From NCBI GenBank assembly GCA_009859145.1, contig VRVR01000009.1, forward strand, positions 212,392 to 276,391: 64,000 nt of DNA, in the 5' to 3' direction. Positions 18,483-28,635 of this stretch are shown here, piece after piece. This stretch comes from Andalucia godoyi And28. Taxonomy: Eukaryota; Protista; Jakobida. The notes under the pieces are model-generated. The model had not been told where the DNA came from. It searched no databases and saw only the letters and a program-made list of their open reading frames with translations. The translations under genes were made by a program, and so were the position numbers. The stretch's first letter is position 1; each line of letters opens with the position of its first letter.

Positions 18483-19637
18483 TTAGCAGGTTGCGACTTG
18501 CGAATTGCGATTGAAAAGATGCCAGTCAACAGGAAAGTGGTCTCTGCACGAGTACTGGTCGTGATACGCAAAAAAGTCCTGGCAAGCGATCTTGATGCCA
18601 TCATTCAGATAAGCGCCCCACCACCCAAACGTACCGGTCGTGATGATGACGTGGTCGGCGGCGATCATTGTGAAGAGGTCGTTGAGGGGGACTGGATCCG
18701 ATCGCACATCCACGATTTTGAATCGCGTAGTATCCAAATTACTACTGCACCACTGAATGCTTTCGCCGTCGGAAATTCCTGCCTGAAGAGATCCGCCCGT
18801 CAGAACAATGAATGCGCAAGGGGAGGTACTCTGTGTCTGAAGAAAGTTCATTGCGTTGTTCAGCCACTGGGCATCTGGCAGCCAGTATTTGGGCTGATGG
18901 AGGTTGTCTCCTCTCCGGACGTGCACTGCAGCAATGCAGCTCACCCCATGATCCTGTTTTAGTCTCTGTATCTCGGCTCTGGCATTCGCCAACCGCTGTG
19001 GATGCAGCATTTCAAGGAGCCGATGTCGTGAAAACATGGGGAAGTAGCGCCAGCTCTGGAGATATCCCGAAAGAGATATTCTGTGGTGAAGTGGAAGAGT
19101 CAGCAGTTCCTGGCCGAAGATGCCCCAGTTTGACTCGTGGATGCTGGAAGTTGGCAGAGCCGCCTGCGTTTCTTCGCTCTGCGATCGACTCAGCATTACG
19201 AGGCAAGGCTGCAGAGTCGGGAAAAGCTCGAAGACATCTTGGAGCGAATCGCCTGTGAATCCAGCAGAGGAGCATCGATTTTGAATGCAGATCCCGAGAA
19301 CTGAGAACACTTCAAAGAGCTGATTTCCTAGTCGTCCCATAAGTGCCATTGATATCTCGAGCCTTGTTCTCCAGTGTCGAGAGGCATTGAGTGTCACGAT
19401 TTCGGGAATCTGACATGCTGTCCCGGAATCTTTCAGCTGCTGCAGATTCTCCTTTTCCCCCCCGAGGTCAATTGCCTTCTGCGGAACGCTCGGACATTGC
19501 AGATGCACTTGAACGTTTTCTGAATCGCGAGTTGGGAACCGGTTGGAGTGCACAAGGACGAACAAGAAAACCGACACCACAACGGCCAACGACACCGTTC
19601 GCCATCCTTTCGAGTCTGACCACGAATAGTCAAACAT
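18483..19637 (-). CDS. GT11 alpha-1,2-fucosyltransferase-like, type II membrane, 384 aa
   Basis: Signal anchor; GRLGNQLF, GYLQSWRYF, HVRRGD and GTFGWWGAYL, the three conserved GT11 motifs. Confidence 0.92.
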   Translation of the reverse strand: MFDYSWSDSKGWRTVSLAVVVSVFLFVLVHSNRFPTRDSENVQVHLQCPSVPQKAIDLGGEKENLQQLKDSGTACQIPEIVTLNASRHWRTRLEISMALMGRLGNQLFEVFSVLGICIQNRCSSAGFTGDSLQDVFELFPTLQPCLVMLSRSQSEETQAALPTSSIHESNWGIFGQELLTLPLHHRISLSGYLQSWRYFPMFSRHRLLEMLHPQRLANARAEIQRLKQDHGVSCIAAVHVRRGDNLHQPKYWLPDAQWLNNAMNFLQTQSTSPCAFIVLTGGSLQAGISDGESIQWCSSNLDTTRFKIVDVRSDPVPLNDLFTMIAADHVIITTGTFGWWGAYLNDGIKIACQDFFAYHDQYSCRDHFPVDWHLFNRNSQVATC

Positions 19638-19952
19638 CCCTTACGCACATATATATATATATATTCTGAGCTGCGCCGGGCTGTCACAAACAAAGAAGGA
19701 AACAAAAAACAACAATGGTAATCAGGAAAATTCGTGAATTGGTCATTCGAACAGTGTGAGAGTCTGCGGTGCGGTGTGATACGATAAAGCTCAACTCCAG
19801 AACTACAACATCCGTAGTGTCGTTCAATTTGCTTATATTATTTTTGGAAATTTAATATACAAAAACCACAATAGAGGATGGGTGGGTAGCCAATATACAC
19901 AGGACAATGAACAAGGCAAATTCACGCAGGAACAAAAAACAAAAAGGGTGAT

Positions 19953-20405
19953 TTAAGCCTCTGCGGTCTGAGACTCCTCGCCCTTTCCTCCCTTGGTCTT
20001 CTTGGGCAAGAGAGCATTGTTGATACGAGGCAAGACACCACCCTGCGAGATGGTGACGTTGGCCAAGAGGCGGTTGAGCTCCTCGTCGTGGCGGACGGCG
20101 AGCTGGATGTGTCTAGGGATGATGCGGGTCTTCTTGACCTCACGGGCTGCGTTTCCAGCGAGCTCAAGGACTTCAGCTGCAAGGTATTCGAGGACGGCAG
20201 CGAGGTACACGGGTGCTCCAGCGGCAACACGCTCGGCATACTGACCCTGCTTGAGGAAACGGGCAATACGGCCAACAGGGAACGACAGTCCGGCGCGCTG
20301 AGAGCGGGAAACAGTCTTCTTGGAGGACTTTGCACGGCTGCCAGAGGTCTTCTCGGCTGCCGGGGCGGCGGGTGCTGCGGGTGCTGCTGCTGTCTTGGGG
20401 GCCAT
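19953..20405 (-). CDS. H2A: Histone H2A, 150 aa, with an extended Ala/Pro-rich N-tail
   Basis: [51 protein letters not shown]. The ATG at 20405 is preferred over the longer ORF start, which runs through a microsatellite. Confidence 0.97.
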   Translation of the reverse strand: MAPKTAAAPAAPAAPAAEKTSGSRAKSSKKTVSRSQRAGLSFPVGRIARFLKQGQYAERVAAGAPVYLAAVLEYLAAEVLELAGNAAREVKKTRIIPRHIQLAVRHDEELNRLLANVTISQGGVLPRINNALLPKKTKGGKGEESQTAEA

Positions 20406-20469
20406 GATTGGTATGTTGACAATGGAGATTGCGATTGAAAATGAGACGGATTTGAACAACGAAGGAAAG

Positions 20470-20470
<1 letters not shown>

Positions 20471-20506
<36 letters not shown>
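20471..20506. repeat. (GAAAAC)6 hexamer repeat upstream of H2A
   Basis: Six exact tandem copies. Confidence 0.9.
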
Positions 20507-20511
<5 letters not shown>

Positions 20512-21082
20512 AGAAAAAGAAAAAGAAATCGAAGAGAGAAATGAAAGAAAGTGGGTTGCTTTTGGAAGAGAGAAAAGGGTGAGTGGAGGAGATACAAAGA
20601 AATGCGCCGACTGGAGTCACGGACTCGGGGTGCTGGAAGCAGCGAGGAGGGGGTGGTGGAGAATCGCGGGCAAATTCCGGACGCACGGATTCCAACCATG
20701 TCTCTGGCTCCTAAATACCACCCCTCTACTAATTGCCGGAAGACGCTGACACAATGACTGGCACTTCCAGTGTCAGCCTATTCCCGCCATTCCGCCATGA
20801 CCGCTACTCTCTTTTTTCCCACCCAAAACACAAACGACCAGAAGAAAGGATAGGAGAAAGAGAGAGAAAAAAGGAAAAGAAAAAACAAAAAGAAACGACC
20901 CAAAGTCGTGTCCCATAAATTTTTTAAAAGACATCTTTGCCTGTTCTTTTGTTTCTGTTTTTCTTTTTTTCTTTTTTCTTTTCTCTCTCTCTTTCTTCTT
21001 CTTCTTCTTCTTTTGTTTTGTATATTTTGTTCTTCTTCTTTCTGATCGATTTCTAACTACTAACACCAATCCTTCAATATCC

Positions 21083-21853
21083 ATGTCGGAATCAACTTCT
21101 GCTGCCCCTGCTGCTGCTGCTCCAGCACCCAAGACCAAGAAGGCTGTTGCGAAGCCAAAGGCTGCGCCCAAGAAGACTGCATCCTCCGCGACCCCCAAGG
21201 TCACGTACGAAAAGATGATTGTGGAGGCGATTGCAGCGCTCAAGGACCGCACGGGATCGTCCCAAGTGGCGATTGCAAAGTACATCCAGGCAAACCACGC
21301 CGTTGCAGATAACTTCAAGACCCAGCTTTCGATCCAGCTCAAGAGACTTGCGGAAAAGGGAGTTTTGGAACGAGTCAAGGCGTCTTTCAAGCTCTCTGAA
21401 GCTGGAAAGGTGATTGCAGCCGGCAAGAAGAAGGCCAAGGCAGCTGCCAAGCCGAAGGCCGCCGCCGCTGCAGACGGTGACAAGAAGAAGAAGGCCACGT
21501 CAACCAAGACAAAGAAGGCCGCGCCGAAGAAGGCTGCTGCGCCCAAGACGGCGACTGCCGAGGGAGAAGTCAAGGCAGCCCCCGTTGCAAAGCCAAAGGC
21601 CGCGACTGCAGAAAAGAAGAAGACTGCAGCAGCACCAAAGACAAAGAAGGCAGCCGCGCCCAAGACCAAGAAGGCCGCAGCACCAAAGGCAAAGAAGGCC
21701 GATGGCGAGAAGAAGGCAGCCGCACCGAAGCGAGCCGCACCAAAGGCAAAGGACACCAAGACCAAATCGGACAAGACTGCTGCTCGTGCAACAAAGGCAA
21801 AGGAGAGCACCAAGACCGTTCGTAAGACCAAGGCAGATGCAAAGCGCCAGTAA
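21083..21853 (+). CDS. H1: Linker histone H1 with globular (GH1) domain, 256 aa
   Basis: YEKMIVEAIAALKDRTGSSQVAIAKYI...KGVLERVKASFKL followed by a long K/A/P-rich tail. Confidence 0.95.
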   Translation: MSESTSAAPAAAAPAPKTKKAVAKPKAAPKKTASSATPKVTYEKMIVEAIAALKDRTGSSQVAIAKYIQANHAVADNFKTQLSIQLKRLAEKGVLERVKASFKLSEAGKVIAAGKKKAKAAAKPKAAAAADGDKKKKATSTKTKKAAPKKAAAPKTATAEGEVKAAPVAKPKAATAEKKKTAAAPKTKKAAAPKTKKAAAPKAKKADGEKKAAAPKRAAPKAKDTKTKSDKTAARATKAKESTKTVRKTKADAKRQ

Positions 21854-22287
21854 GCGAAGGAATAGACTTTGTGGTGTGCTGAAGGGTTTTGGCTCCAGTT
21901 GTTTCTTTGATGTGTATCATATTTCTTTCTGTTGGATTGTTCTCATGAACGTCTGCTTTTTTCTTTCTCTGTTCGTACCCTTTTGTGTTTCCTGGAACTC
22001 GTAAATCGTGAAGATAAGCTCGACAAACCGATCGCAACCCACACGCCAGGTTCTTTACAACAACGTTCTTGGAGACGCGCCGATCATCCCTCTCACAAAT
22101 AACAAATCACGGAAAATACACATTCAATCGCCCCCAGTGCATTGCGCATGCCACAAACCGCATGGGCACGAGACGAGAGACAAGCCAGACTACAAAGAAA
22201 TGCTTGATGACAAAAAAACAACGATATCATACGACATCACATTCTACAACAACAACACATCCAAAACAGCCAGTATCTGCAAAGACG

Positions 22288-24954
22288 CTACTTTGATCCC
22301 ACAAAAGCCACCACAGTTCTATTCTTCGCAAATTGCACGATTCCCTCTGCCTCCAACTGCATGAGAGTGCTACGAAGATCTTGCAAACTAACTTCCGTCC
22401 CCATATCTTCCGACATGGCAATCATGAGCTCGCGAATGGGATACGACGATTTGCCAGTCTTTTCATGATAGGAAACGACTGCATCGCTCAAAGCACCGGA
22501 GGCCGATCGGTCCGTTGCAGATCGTCCAGTGGTCAGAAGGTCCATATCAATCTGGCCGGTGCGTGGATCCACGGCGGACTGCTGCATCGCCACTCGAACC
22601 AGACGGATGGACTCGCGAACGTCAGATTCCTCCACGGTTGACGAGAGACGCATCCTCGCAAGGGCTTCGGACAGACGAATGAGAGACTCGAGCTGCCGCG
22701 GAGTGGCGGTAATTACCTTCTTTTCATGCGCATGCCCGACTCTGCGCATCTGCACATAGCCCTCTTCAAGGATTCGGCGTGCATCATCCGTGATAACCGG
22801 GAACACATTTCGCTTCGCATAGGAAATGTATCTTGTGAGCAGACGAAGGGAAATCAGATTGTTGTTCGCCGTTGCATTCGTCGCATTACCTCCAACAGTG
22901 TACAATCCAACAAGATGCTTCGCAAGTCTGCGATCCGAAACTTCGTCCACACGGTCCAGGACAAGATAAATCAAATCAAATCGACTCAGCAAAGTGGGAG
23001 GAAGCTGAATGTTATCGACAACCGATCGGCGAGGATTGTAGCGGGATTCCACCGGGTTAGCGGATGCCAGAACCGCCGTGCGGGCATGAAGCGATGCAAC
23101 AATACCTGCCTTGGCAATGGATACCGTTTGCTGCTCCATCACCTCGTGCAAAATTGATCGTGCTGCATCGCTCATCTTATCAAACTCGTCAATGCAACAA
23201 ATACCGCGATCGGAAAGTACCAAAGCCCCGGATTCTAGAACAAATTCTCGAGACTCGGGATCACGCGTAACATACGCTGTCAAACCGACAGCAGATGATC
23301 CCTTTCCGGAAGTGTAGATTCCGCGCGGCGCAATTCGGTGTACGTACTGCAGCAACTGGGACTTGGAAACGGCAGGATCGCCGACCAGAAGAACATTCAG
23401 ATCACCACGAAATCGCGAGGCAGACGCAACAGACGGATTGGAATGAGAAACATTGTCATTGGCGCTGGGAGAAACAGTCTGCGACAACGCCGTTCCTGCA
23501 GAGCTTGCGCCAAAATCCTTGTGAACACCCCCGAAGAGCTGGCAGAGTACACCGCGCTTAACATCCTCCATCTCGTAAATCGATGGCGCAACCGAGCGGA
23601 CCAGAAGATCATAGATATCAGGACGTGCTGCAAGAGCGCGGATTTCCGCTTCCTCCGCCGACTGATCGTCAGCTTGGTTGCTTGCAGACGCACTGTTTGC
23701 AGCAGCAGAGCCAGAGCCAGAGCCAGCTAGGCCGCTCGAGGAGGCATACAAGTCCTCCATCTCAGGATCCAGCGTTTCTGCAACATCGGCATCGTCGTTG
23801 GATGCGCTGACTTTTCCAAGTCTCGATCTTCGAACATGCACAACGTCCACATATGTTTTGTAAACAGTCTTCAACACGGACGTTCGTGGATTCACACGAA
23901 CTGGAACGGCACGGTAAATGCCGGTGACTTCGCAACGGTCTCCAGCTCGAAGGGAGTCGACGAGATCCTCGAAGCAAACGAGAGTTCCAGCATGCGGAGT
24001 CTCGCCAGCTGGAATATCATCTGGCGCTTCCTGAAATCGAATGGACTGTCGGTCTGCAAAGTGGCACCGATTGTGGATAATCGTGAACGACCGCTTAGCA
24101 CGGCACATCGCGCACTCTTCCGGTTCGTCAATACGGCCACGAACAAGACCGATTTCCACCGAATACCCGCAGCCAGGCGACGTGCATTGGAAGTACGCGC
24201 TCTTCAAGTCAGGGCACACGGGCGCAACACGAGTTACCATGCCACGGACACAGATCAGCCGATCCACGTCTTCTGGATTCAAATCTCGGATTGTTTTGAC
24301 CAGTCCCAAGTTGGACGGTCGGCACAAAAACACGACTTCCTCGCCAGTTTCATCTTCCTCTGCATCCGCGTGCGGCCCAGAACTCACGAATTCACGGTAT
24401 ACTTGAACAAGCACATTGTCCATCAGCATGAGGATCTCTGCGGGATATGCAACCAGCTGGTCATACAAGACATGATCAAAAACCCGCAGCGCCCTGCAGT
24501 CCAATACAAAATGCGGCGATCCTGCAAGACGAAGTTCGGTGAGTGTCGTTAGATGCTTTGGAGTTTCCAAATGCTCTTCGTTTGCGACCAGGAACGCACG
24601 GAACCGACGCTCAACATCGTGTGTTTGAATCGTTGTTCCCCACAAAAGCGTCTGTTGAGCATTCGCAGCATGCCCAGCGGCCGCCGACGAGTGCAATGCA
24701 GAAGACGGGTCCTGCGATGATGAATCAGGCTCCGAGTGCGCGGAAGCTGGAACCGGAATAGAGGTTCGTAAGGCATCTCGGCGATGTGCAGGACGAACAA
24801 CCACGGGGGAGCGCACGGGCAGCTGAGACCCAGAAAGCGTCGATCGAGGCGTTGCAGGAGTGACAGGAGTTGCGGGAGTTGCGGGCGTCCCAGGAGTCCC
24901 AGGAGTCCGTCCTGTTCTCGACGACTGCAAAAGAGCCGGATCTGACGATGGCAT
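22288..24954 (-). CDS. MCM4: DNA replication licensing factor MCM4, 888 aa
   Basis: N-terminal TP/SP sites, zinc finger, RGDLNVLLVGDPAVSKSQLLQYV, YTSGKGSSAVGLTAYV, IDEFDKM, LLSRFDLIYL, ATPRQLESLIRLSEA. Confidence 0.95.
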   Translation of the reverse strand: MPSSDPALLQSSRTGRTPGTPGTPATPATPVTPATPRSTLSGSQLPVRSPVVVRPAHRRDALRTSIPVPASAHSEPDSSSQDPSSALHSSAAAGHAANAQQTLLWGTTIQTHDVERRFRAFLVANEEHLETPKHLTTLTELRLAGSPHFVLDCRALRVFDHVLYDQLVAYPAEILMLMDNVLVQVYREFVSSGPHADAEEDETGEEVVFLCRPSNLGLVKTIRDLNPEDVDRLICVRGMVTRVAPVCPDLKSAYFQCTSPGCGYSVEIGLVRGRIDEPEECAMCRAKRSFTIIHNRCHFADRQSIRFQEAPDDIPAGETPHAGTLVCFEDLVDSLRAGDRCEVTGIYRAVPVRVNPRTSVLKTVYKTYVDVVHVRRSRLGKVSASNDDADVAETLDPEMEDLYASSSGLAGSGSGSAAANSASASNQADDQSAEEAEIRALAARPDIYDLLVRSVAPSIYEMEDVKRGVLCQLFGGVHKDFGASSAGTALSQTVSPSANDNVSHSNPSVASASRFRGDLNVLLVGDPAVSKSQLLQYVHRIAPRGIYTSGKGSSAVGLTAYVTRDPESREFVLESGALVLSDRGICCIDEFDKMSDAARSILHEVMEQQTVSIAKAGIVASLHARTAVLASANPVESRYNPRRSVVDNIQLPPTLLSRFDLIYLVLDRVDEVSDRRLAKHLVGLYTVGGNATNATANNNLISLRLLTRYISYAKRNVFPVITDDARRILEEGYVQMRRVGHAHEKKVITATPRQLESLIRLSEALARMRLSSTVEESDVRESIRLVRVAMQQSAVDPRTGQIDMDLLTTGRSATDRSASGALSDAVVSYHEKTGKSSYPIRELMIAMSEDMGTEVSLQDLRSTLMQLEAEGIVQFAKNRTVVAFVGSK

Positions 24955-25587
24955 CCTGAACGTATTGCTATTAGAGGAGGGGGAAATAAAGGTATTTAAA
25001 TATAAAAAAACAATTAATTTTTATATTAATTATAATAATAAATAAATAAATGAACGAAGATTGAGAAGAGAAGAGCGCACGAGACACAAAGTAGTTCAAA
25101 AAACATTCTCTCTATTCCGGGCGCGATTGGGATTCTGATGGGGTCAGTATCGCAAGGTTTTTTCCCCCATGTTCACACTTGGGGCAGTTCTCGGGGAGGA
25201 GGGGCCAAACCCGCGGGAACAGTGGCGGGGAGAAGTGAGTTCGGAAACCTCTTCCTGGTCTCAAGTGATGCAGAAGGTGCGTTATTTTTTCGTTGCGGGC
25301 CTTTTGTGCAGCAACCGTAGTGCATCATCCTCCCCCAACACCCCACTTCCCTTGTCCGTTGAGCACGTTCGTTCCACTTTCTTCGTCTTCTTCTTCTTCG
25401 TCTTCTTTCTTCTTCTTTCTTCTTTCTTCTTTCTCCTTTGTTTGTTAATATAATTTTTCACATTATAGCACATTTATTTTACTTCTTCTTACTGTTTTTA
25501 ATTTGTGATTTTTTTCTTTCTTTCTTTCTTGCTTGCTTTTTTGGTCGTCGTCTTCTTCCTCCTTTGCCAGTGATCTTTGCAGAGAAG

Positions 25588-28500
25588 ATGGTTTCCTCAC
25601 CTCGTCATGGATCTCCACGAGTGAATTCGCCAAGCCGTTCTCAGCAGTCACCACGGCACCTTTCAGCTGTCGGCATGTCGCCTACCGTGTATCGGTCGTC
25701 TGGGATCGTATCTTCTTCTTCTGCAAAGTCTCCTGCCGCCCCGAAGTCATCCTCATCCTCATCCGCAGCAGGAGGAGCAGGAACAGGAGCGTACCGCTCT
25801 TCGTCTCCGGTGCGACCCTCATCGGCAGTTGTGAAACGATCACCATCACCGTCGAAACGACAGTTTTCCAACAACAATGGCGTCTTGCTTCCTCCAAAGA
25901 CGCTGCCTTCTGAACTTGCGAATTTGCCATATATGAGCGAAAGGGATCTTGTTAGGTTCTTGGACGAGCGCCCGCATCTCAAGTTGAGCCATGATGAACG
26001 AGACTACATGTTTCTGCGAAGACGAAGAGCGAGCTTGGAGTTGGGAACGGCGCTAGTGAGCCCGATCTCGTCCCTGGCGCTGCAAGCTTCTTCTTCTTCG
26101 TCGTCGTCGTCGTCTGCAGCTGCTTTATCGACTAGTTTGGGGTCCTCCGGGTCGTTCCCAAGCACAACAAGAACAAAGGAGTCTGGCCCTATTGTGTCGT
26201 CGTACACGTTTGCAGCATCGTCGGTCAGCCCAGCTTCGTCTGTAGTTTCGGGTGCAGTCGGGGAAACTCCAGTCTTCAAGGTTACGATACTGGGCGAGGA
26301 GGAAGACACGGCAAAGGACGAGATTTTCCACTTGTTCACTCTGCCACCGGATGCGCAGCACCTTCCCCCGTGCGATATTTGCAGAGTGCCATTTTATGTC
26401 ACAGATTCGCAGGTCTATGCGGATGTTTTCCCTTCTGCCGTCCCTTCAGCATCTCCAGTGAATCCTGTCACGGTATCGCATCAACGCGTTGATCTGGAGT
26501 TGTGGCTGCCGCCTGCAAACAGAAAGTTCGATACGTTGCGGCCGCACTACTATCCCGCTACCGACGTTTTTGTCCTCGTGTTTTCCATCCGTTCGCGGAG
26601 ATCGTTTGACGCAATTCGTGCGCGATGGGCAGACGAAATAGGATTATTTGTTCAAAATCAAAAGAGAATAGTCCCTGTGATCCTTGTAGGAAACCATGCG
26701 GAAGCTCGACAGAGCCGCTCTGCTGGTGCGCATTCTTCTTCTTCATCGTTATCATCAGCATCATCATCTTCTTCTTCTTCTCCGCCTTCCTCGTCGAGAT
26801 CCGGCAGCTCGCAGTCGCCGCACCAGCTTGTTGATTCCAAGGAAGCACTGGCATTAGCTCAGCAGCTTGGTTTCGTCAAGTACCTCGAAGTTGTTTCGGA
26901 GAATGATGCACACATGACGGAGCTTTTCCGTCAGGCTGTGCACGAGACGCTGCGGGCCCGTCGTGAATCCGGGACGCGCCACGGGCTTCGGGAAAACGAC
27001 TATAGGATTGAATTCTTGAGGGAAGATGCCATGCTGCGACGACATCTGACTTGTGCGGATCCTGAGAGCGTCTTTGATGCCTTTGACAAGACGTTTTCCG
27101 TGGGGTCCTCGAGTGACAACCAGTCGGACGGCGTGCAGTACTTTTTCTCCACAGACTCGGATCCTTCTCGGTTCTCAACACCGTACTTGGGCCCGTTGAA
27201 ACTCAAGAGACCATATCCACAAGACATTCGCGTGCTTGCTTGTGCACGATGCCGCTTTCCTTCTCGCATTGTTCATTTTCGGGTCCCCGAGGAAACGTCC
27301 ACTCCGCGCGGGTACTTTGATCCGTTGTCGTCACCAGTCGATGTGCGTGGATGGGGTTTTATCCTAGTCCCAGAAGACGGAACCAGATTTTTCTACACCG
27401 TCGACGGGTCGAAACCTGGGCGACAATCTCCGAGCACGCTTGGTGGATATATAAGACTTCCTCCTTTTGGAATTGGCAATGCCTTTCCCCAGCAGCAGCG
27501 CTCGCCTGCGTCCCTCCCGGTCATCCGAGTTGTGGCTGTCAGAGACGGGTGCCTCTGTTCCCGAGTTGCCGAATTTCGGCCCCCCGGCATGCTAGCTGCC
27601 CCGCGGGTTTCGTTCGATCCCGTTACGCGGGTATTGAATATGGAGTCGACGTCATCCGCAGATGCGCAGTACCATTACACTGTCGATGGCTCGGATCCGT
27701 CCTTTGCTTCACCATTGTTTTCAGGTCCAGTTCAAATCACCGGTCCAGTTACCATGATTCGAGCGGTTGCATTGCCGAAATTGTGCATCCCATCGGGTGT
27801 GGTCGCGATTCATGTTCCTCCGATGTCCATGGACCACCCATCTCCCCAAAGACTTGGTTCCCATTTCCACGACTCACAATCCGTGATTTCTTCGACCGTT
27901 GTGATTAATTCTTCGCCTTCCGTCGCGCGATCTGTGGTTTCCGAAAACATGTCGATCACTTCTTTGCAAGAGCCGGCAATCCCAGTTCGCCAGACGAAGA
28001 CCATTCGGTCGCCATTATCGGCTCGCGAAGCTGCTATTCAGGTGCGCCACAAACCGCTGACGAGATTCTACTCGGAAAGGAATATCCTGGTACAGGAACT
28101 CAAGGGCAGCACCGGGGCGAGTTCTGCGGTCATCCCCGCCCGAGAACAGTCGCTCAGCGTCATTGCACCTGTGCCTGGTAACAATGCTTTTCTCGCCGAG
28201 TCTGCAAACATTGGACCACCATCACCGTCCTCCGATCATTCTACTGCGATTGCTGTAGAACCGGTTTCCTCTGGATCGAGCGTTCGTCCGATCGATTCGA
28301 GAATCGTCTCTTGCAAGTATGATTCCACGCACGGGACTGTGCTTTTCAGATTTTTAAAAGATGTGGTGGTGTCCAGCATTTTGCTGTCTTGCACAAATCC
28401 ACTGGATGCACCGCACAAAGTGGACATCGTTGGTTATCTTGCAGATGGTGTGCAGATCAGCTTGGGACAGCAGGATGTTGCAAGCATCTTGGGGACAGAT

Positions 28501-28635
28501 GGATCGGGTACTGTGCGCATACCTGGTTCGGATGTACAACGCGGTCTTCGGGGCCTTAAGTGCTCGTTTTCTTCGTACGAAGGCCAGTCCGGCTTTTCTC
28601 TCAAGGATGTCCAAGTAGTTGGTTATTTGTTATAA
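25588..28635 (+). CDS. Multidomain protein: degenerate Rho-like GTPase + three Fn3-associated/CHB_HEX_C-like repeats + C-terminal beta domain, about 1015 aa
   Basis: ATG 25588 is in frame with the long ORF. Rho-like LRPHYYPATDVFVLVFSI...W..EI...PVILVG (about 26275-26950); repeats QYFFSTDSDP, FFYTVDGSKP, YHYTVDGSDP. A possible extra 5' exon 25138-25276 (GTGCGT donor, CAG acceptor at 25582) stays in frame. Confidence 0.8.
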   Translation: MVSSPRHGSPRVNSPSRSQQSPRHLSAVGMSPTVYRSSGIVSSSSAKSPAAPKSSSSSSAAGGAGTGAYRSSSPVRPSSAVVKRSPSPSKRQFSNNNGVLLPPKTLPSELANLPYMSERDLVRFLDERPHLKLSHDERDYMFLRRRRASLELGTALVSPISSLALQASSSSSSSSSAAALSTSLGSSGSFPSTTRTKESGPIVSSYTFAASSVSPASSVVSGAVGETPVFKVTILGEEEDTAKDEIFHLFTLPPDAQHLPPCDICRVPFYVTDSQVYADVFPSAVPSASPVNPVTVSHQRVDLELWLPPANRKFDTLRPHYYPATDVFVLVFSIRSRRSFDAIRARWADEIGLFVQNQKRIVPVILVGNHAEARQSRSAGAHSSSSSLSSASSSSSSSPPSSSRSGSSQSPHQLVDSKEALALAQQLGFVKYLEVVSENDAHMTELFRQAVHETLRARRESGTRHGLRENDYRIEFLREDAMLRRHLTCADPESVFDAFDKTFSVGSSSDNQSDGVQYFFSTDSDPSRFSTPYLGPLKLKRPYPQDIRVLACARCRFPSRIVHFRVPEETSTPRGYFDPLSSPVDVRGWGFILVPEDGTRFFYTVDGSKPGRQSPSTLGGYIRLPPFGIGNAFPQQQRSPASLPVIRVVAVRDGCLCSRVAEFRPPGMLAAPRVSFDPVTRVLNMESTSSADAQYHYTVDGSDPSFASPLFSGPVQITGPVTMIRAVALPKLCIPSGVVAIHVPPMSMDHPSPQRLGSHFHDSQSVISSTVVINSSPSVARSVVSENMSITSLQEPAIPVRQTKTIRSPLSAREAAIQVRHKPLTRFYSERNILVQELKGSTGASSAVIPAREQSLSVIAPVPGNNAFLAESANIGPPSPSSDHSTAIAVEPVSSGSSVRPIDSRIVSCKYDSTHGTVLFRFLKDVVVSSILLSCTNPLDAPHKVDIVGYLADGVQISLGQQDVASILGTDGSGTVRIPGSDVQRGLRGLKCSFSSYEGQSGFSLKDVQVVGYLL

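Noticed and set aside
19922-20699. Long N-terminal extension of the H2A ORF and the overlapping 257-aa ORF
   Set aside because: The extension translates a (GAAAAC)n microsatellite (FRFRFR/FVFVFV); ATG 20405 gives a normal H2A.
21058-21064. TACTAAC upstream of the H1 start as a branch point
   Set aside because: There is no AG between it and the ATG at 21083 and no matching donor nearby.
20773-21831. 352-aa hydrophobic ORF antisense to H1
   Set aside because: Mirror of the Lys/Ala-rich H1 codons (AAG read as CTT, etc.).
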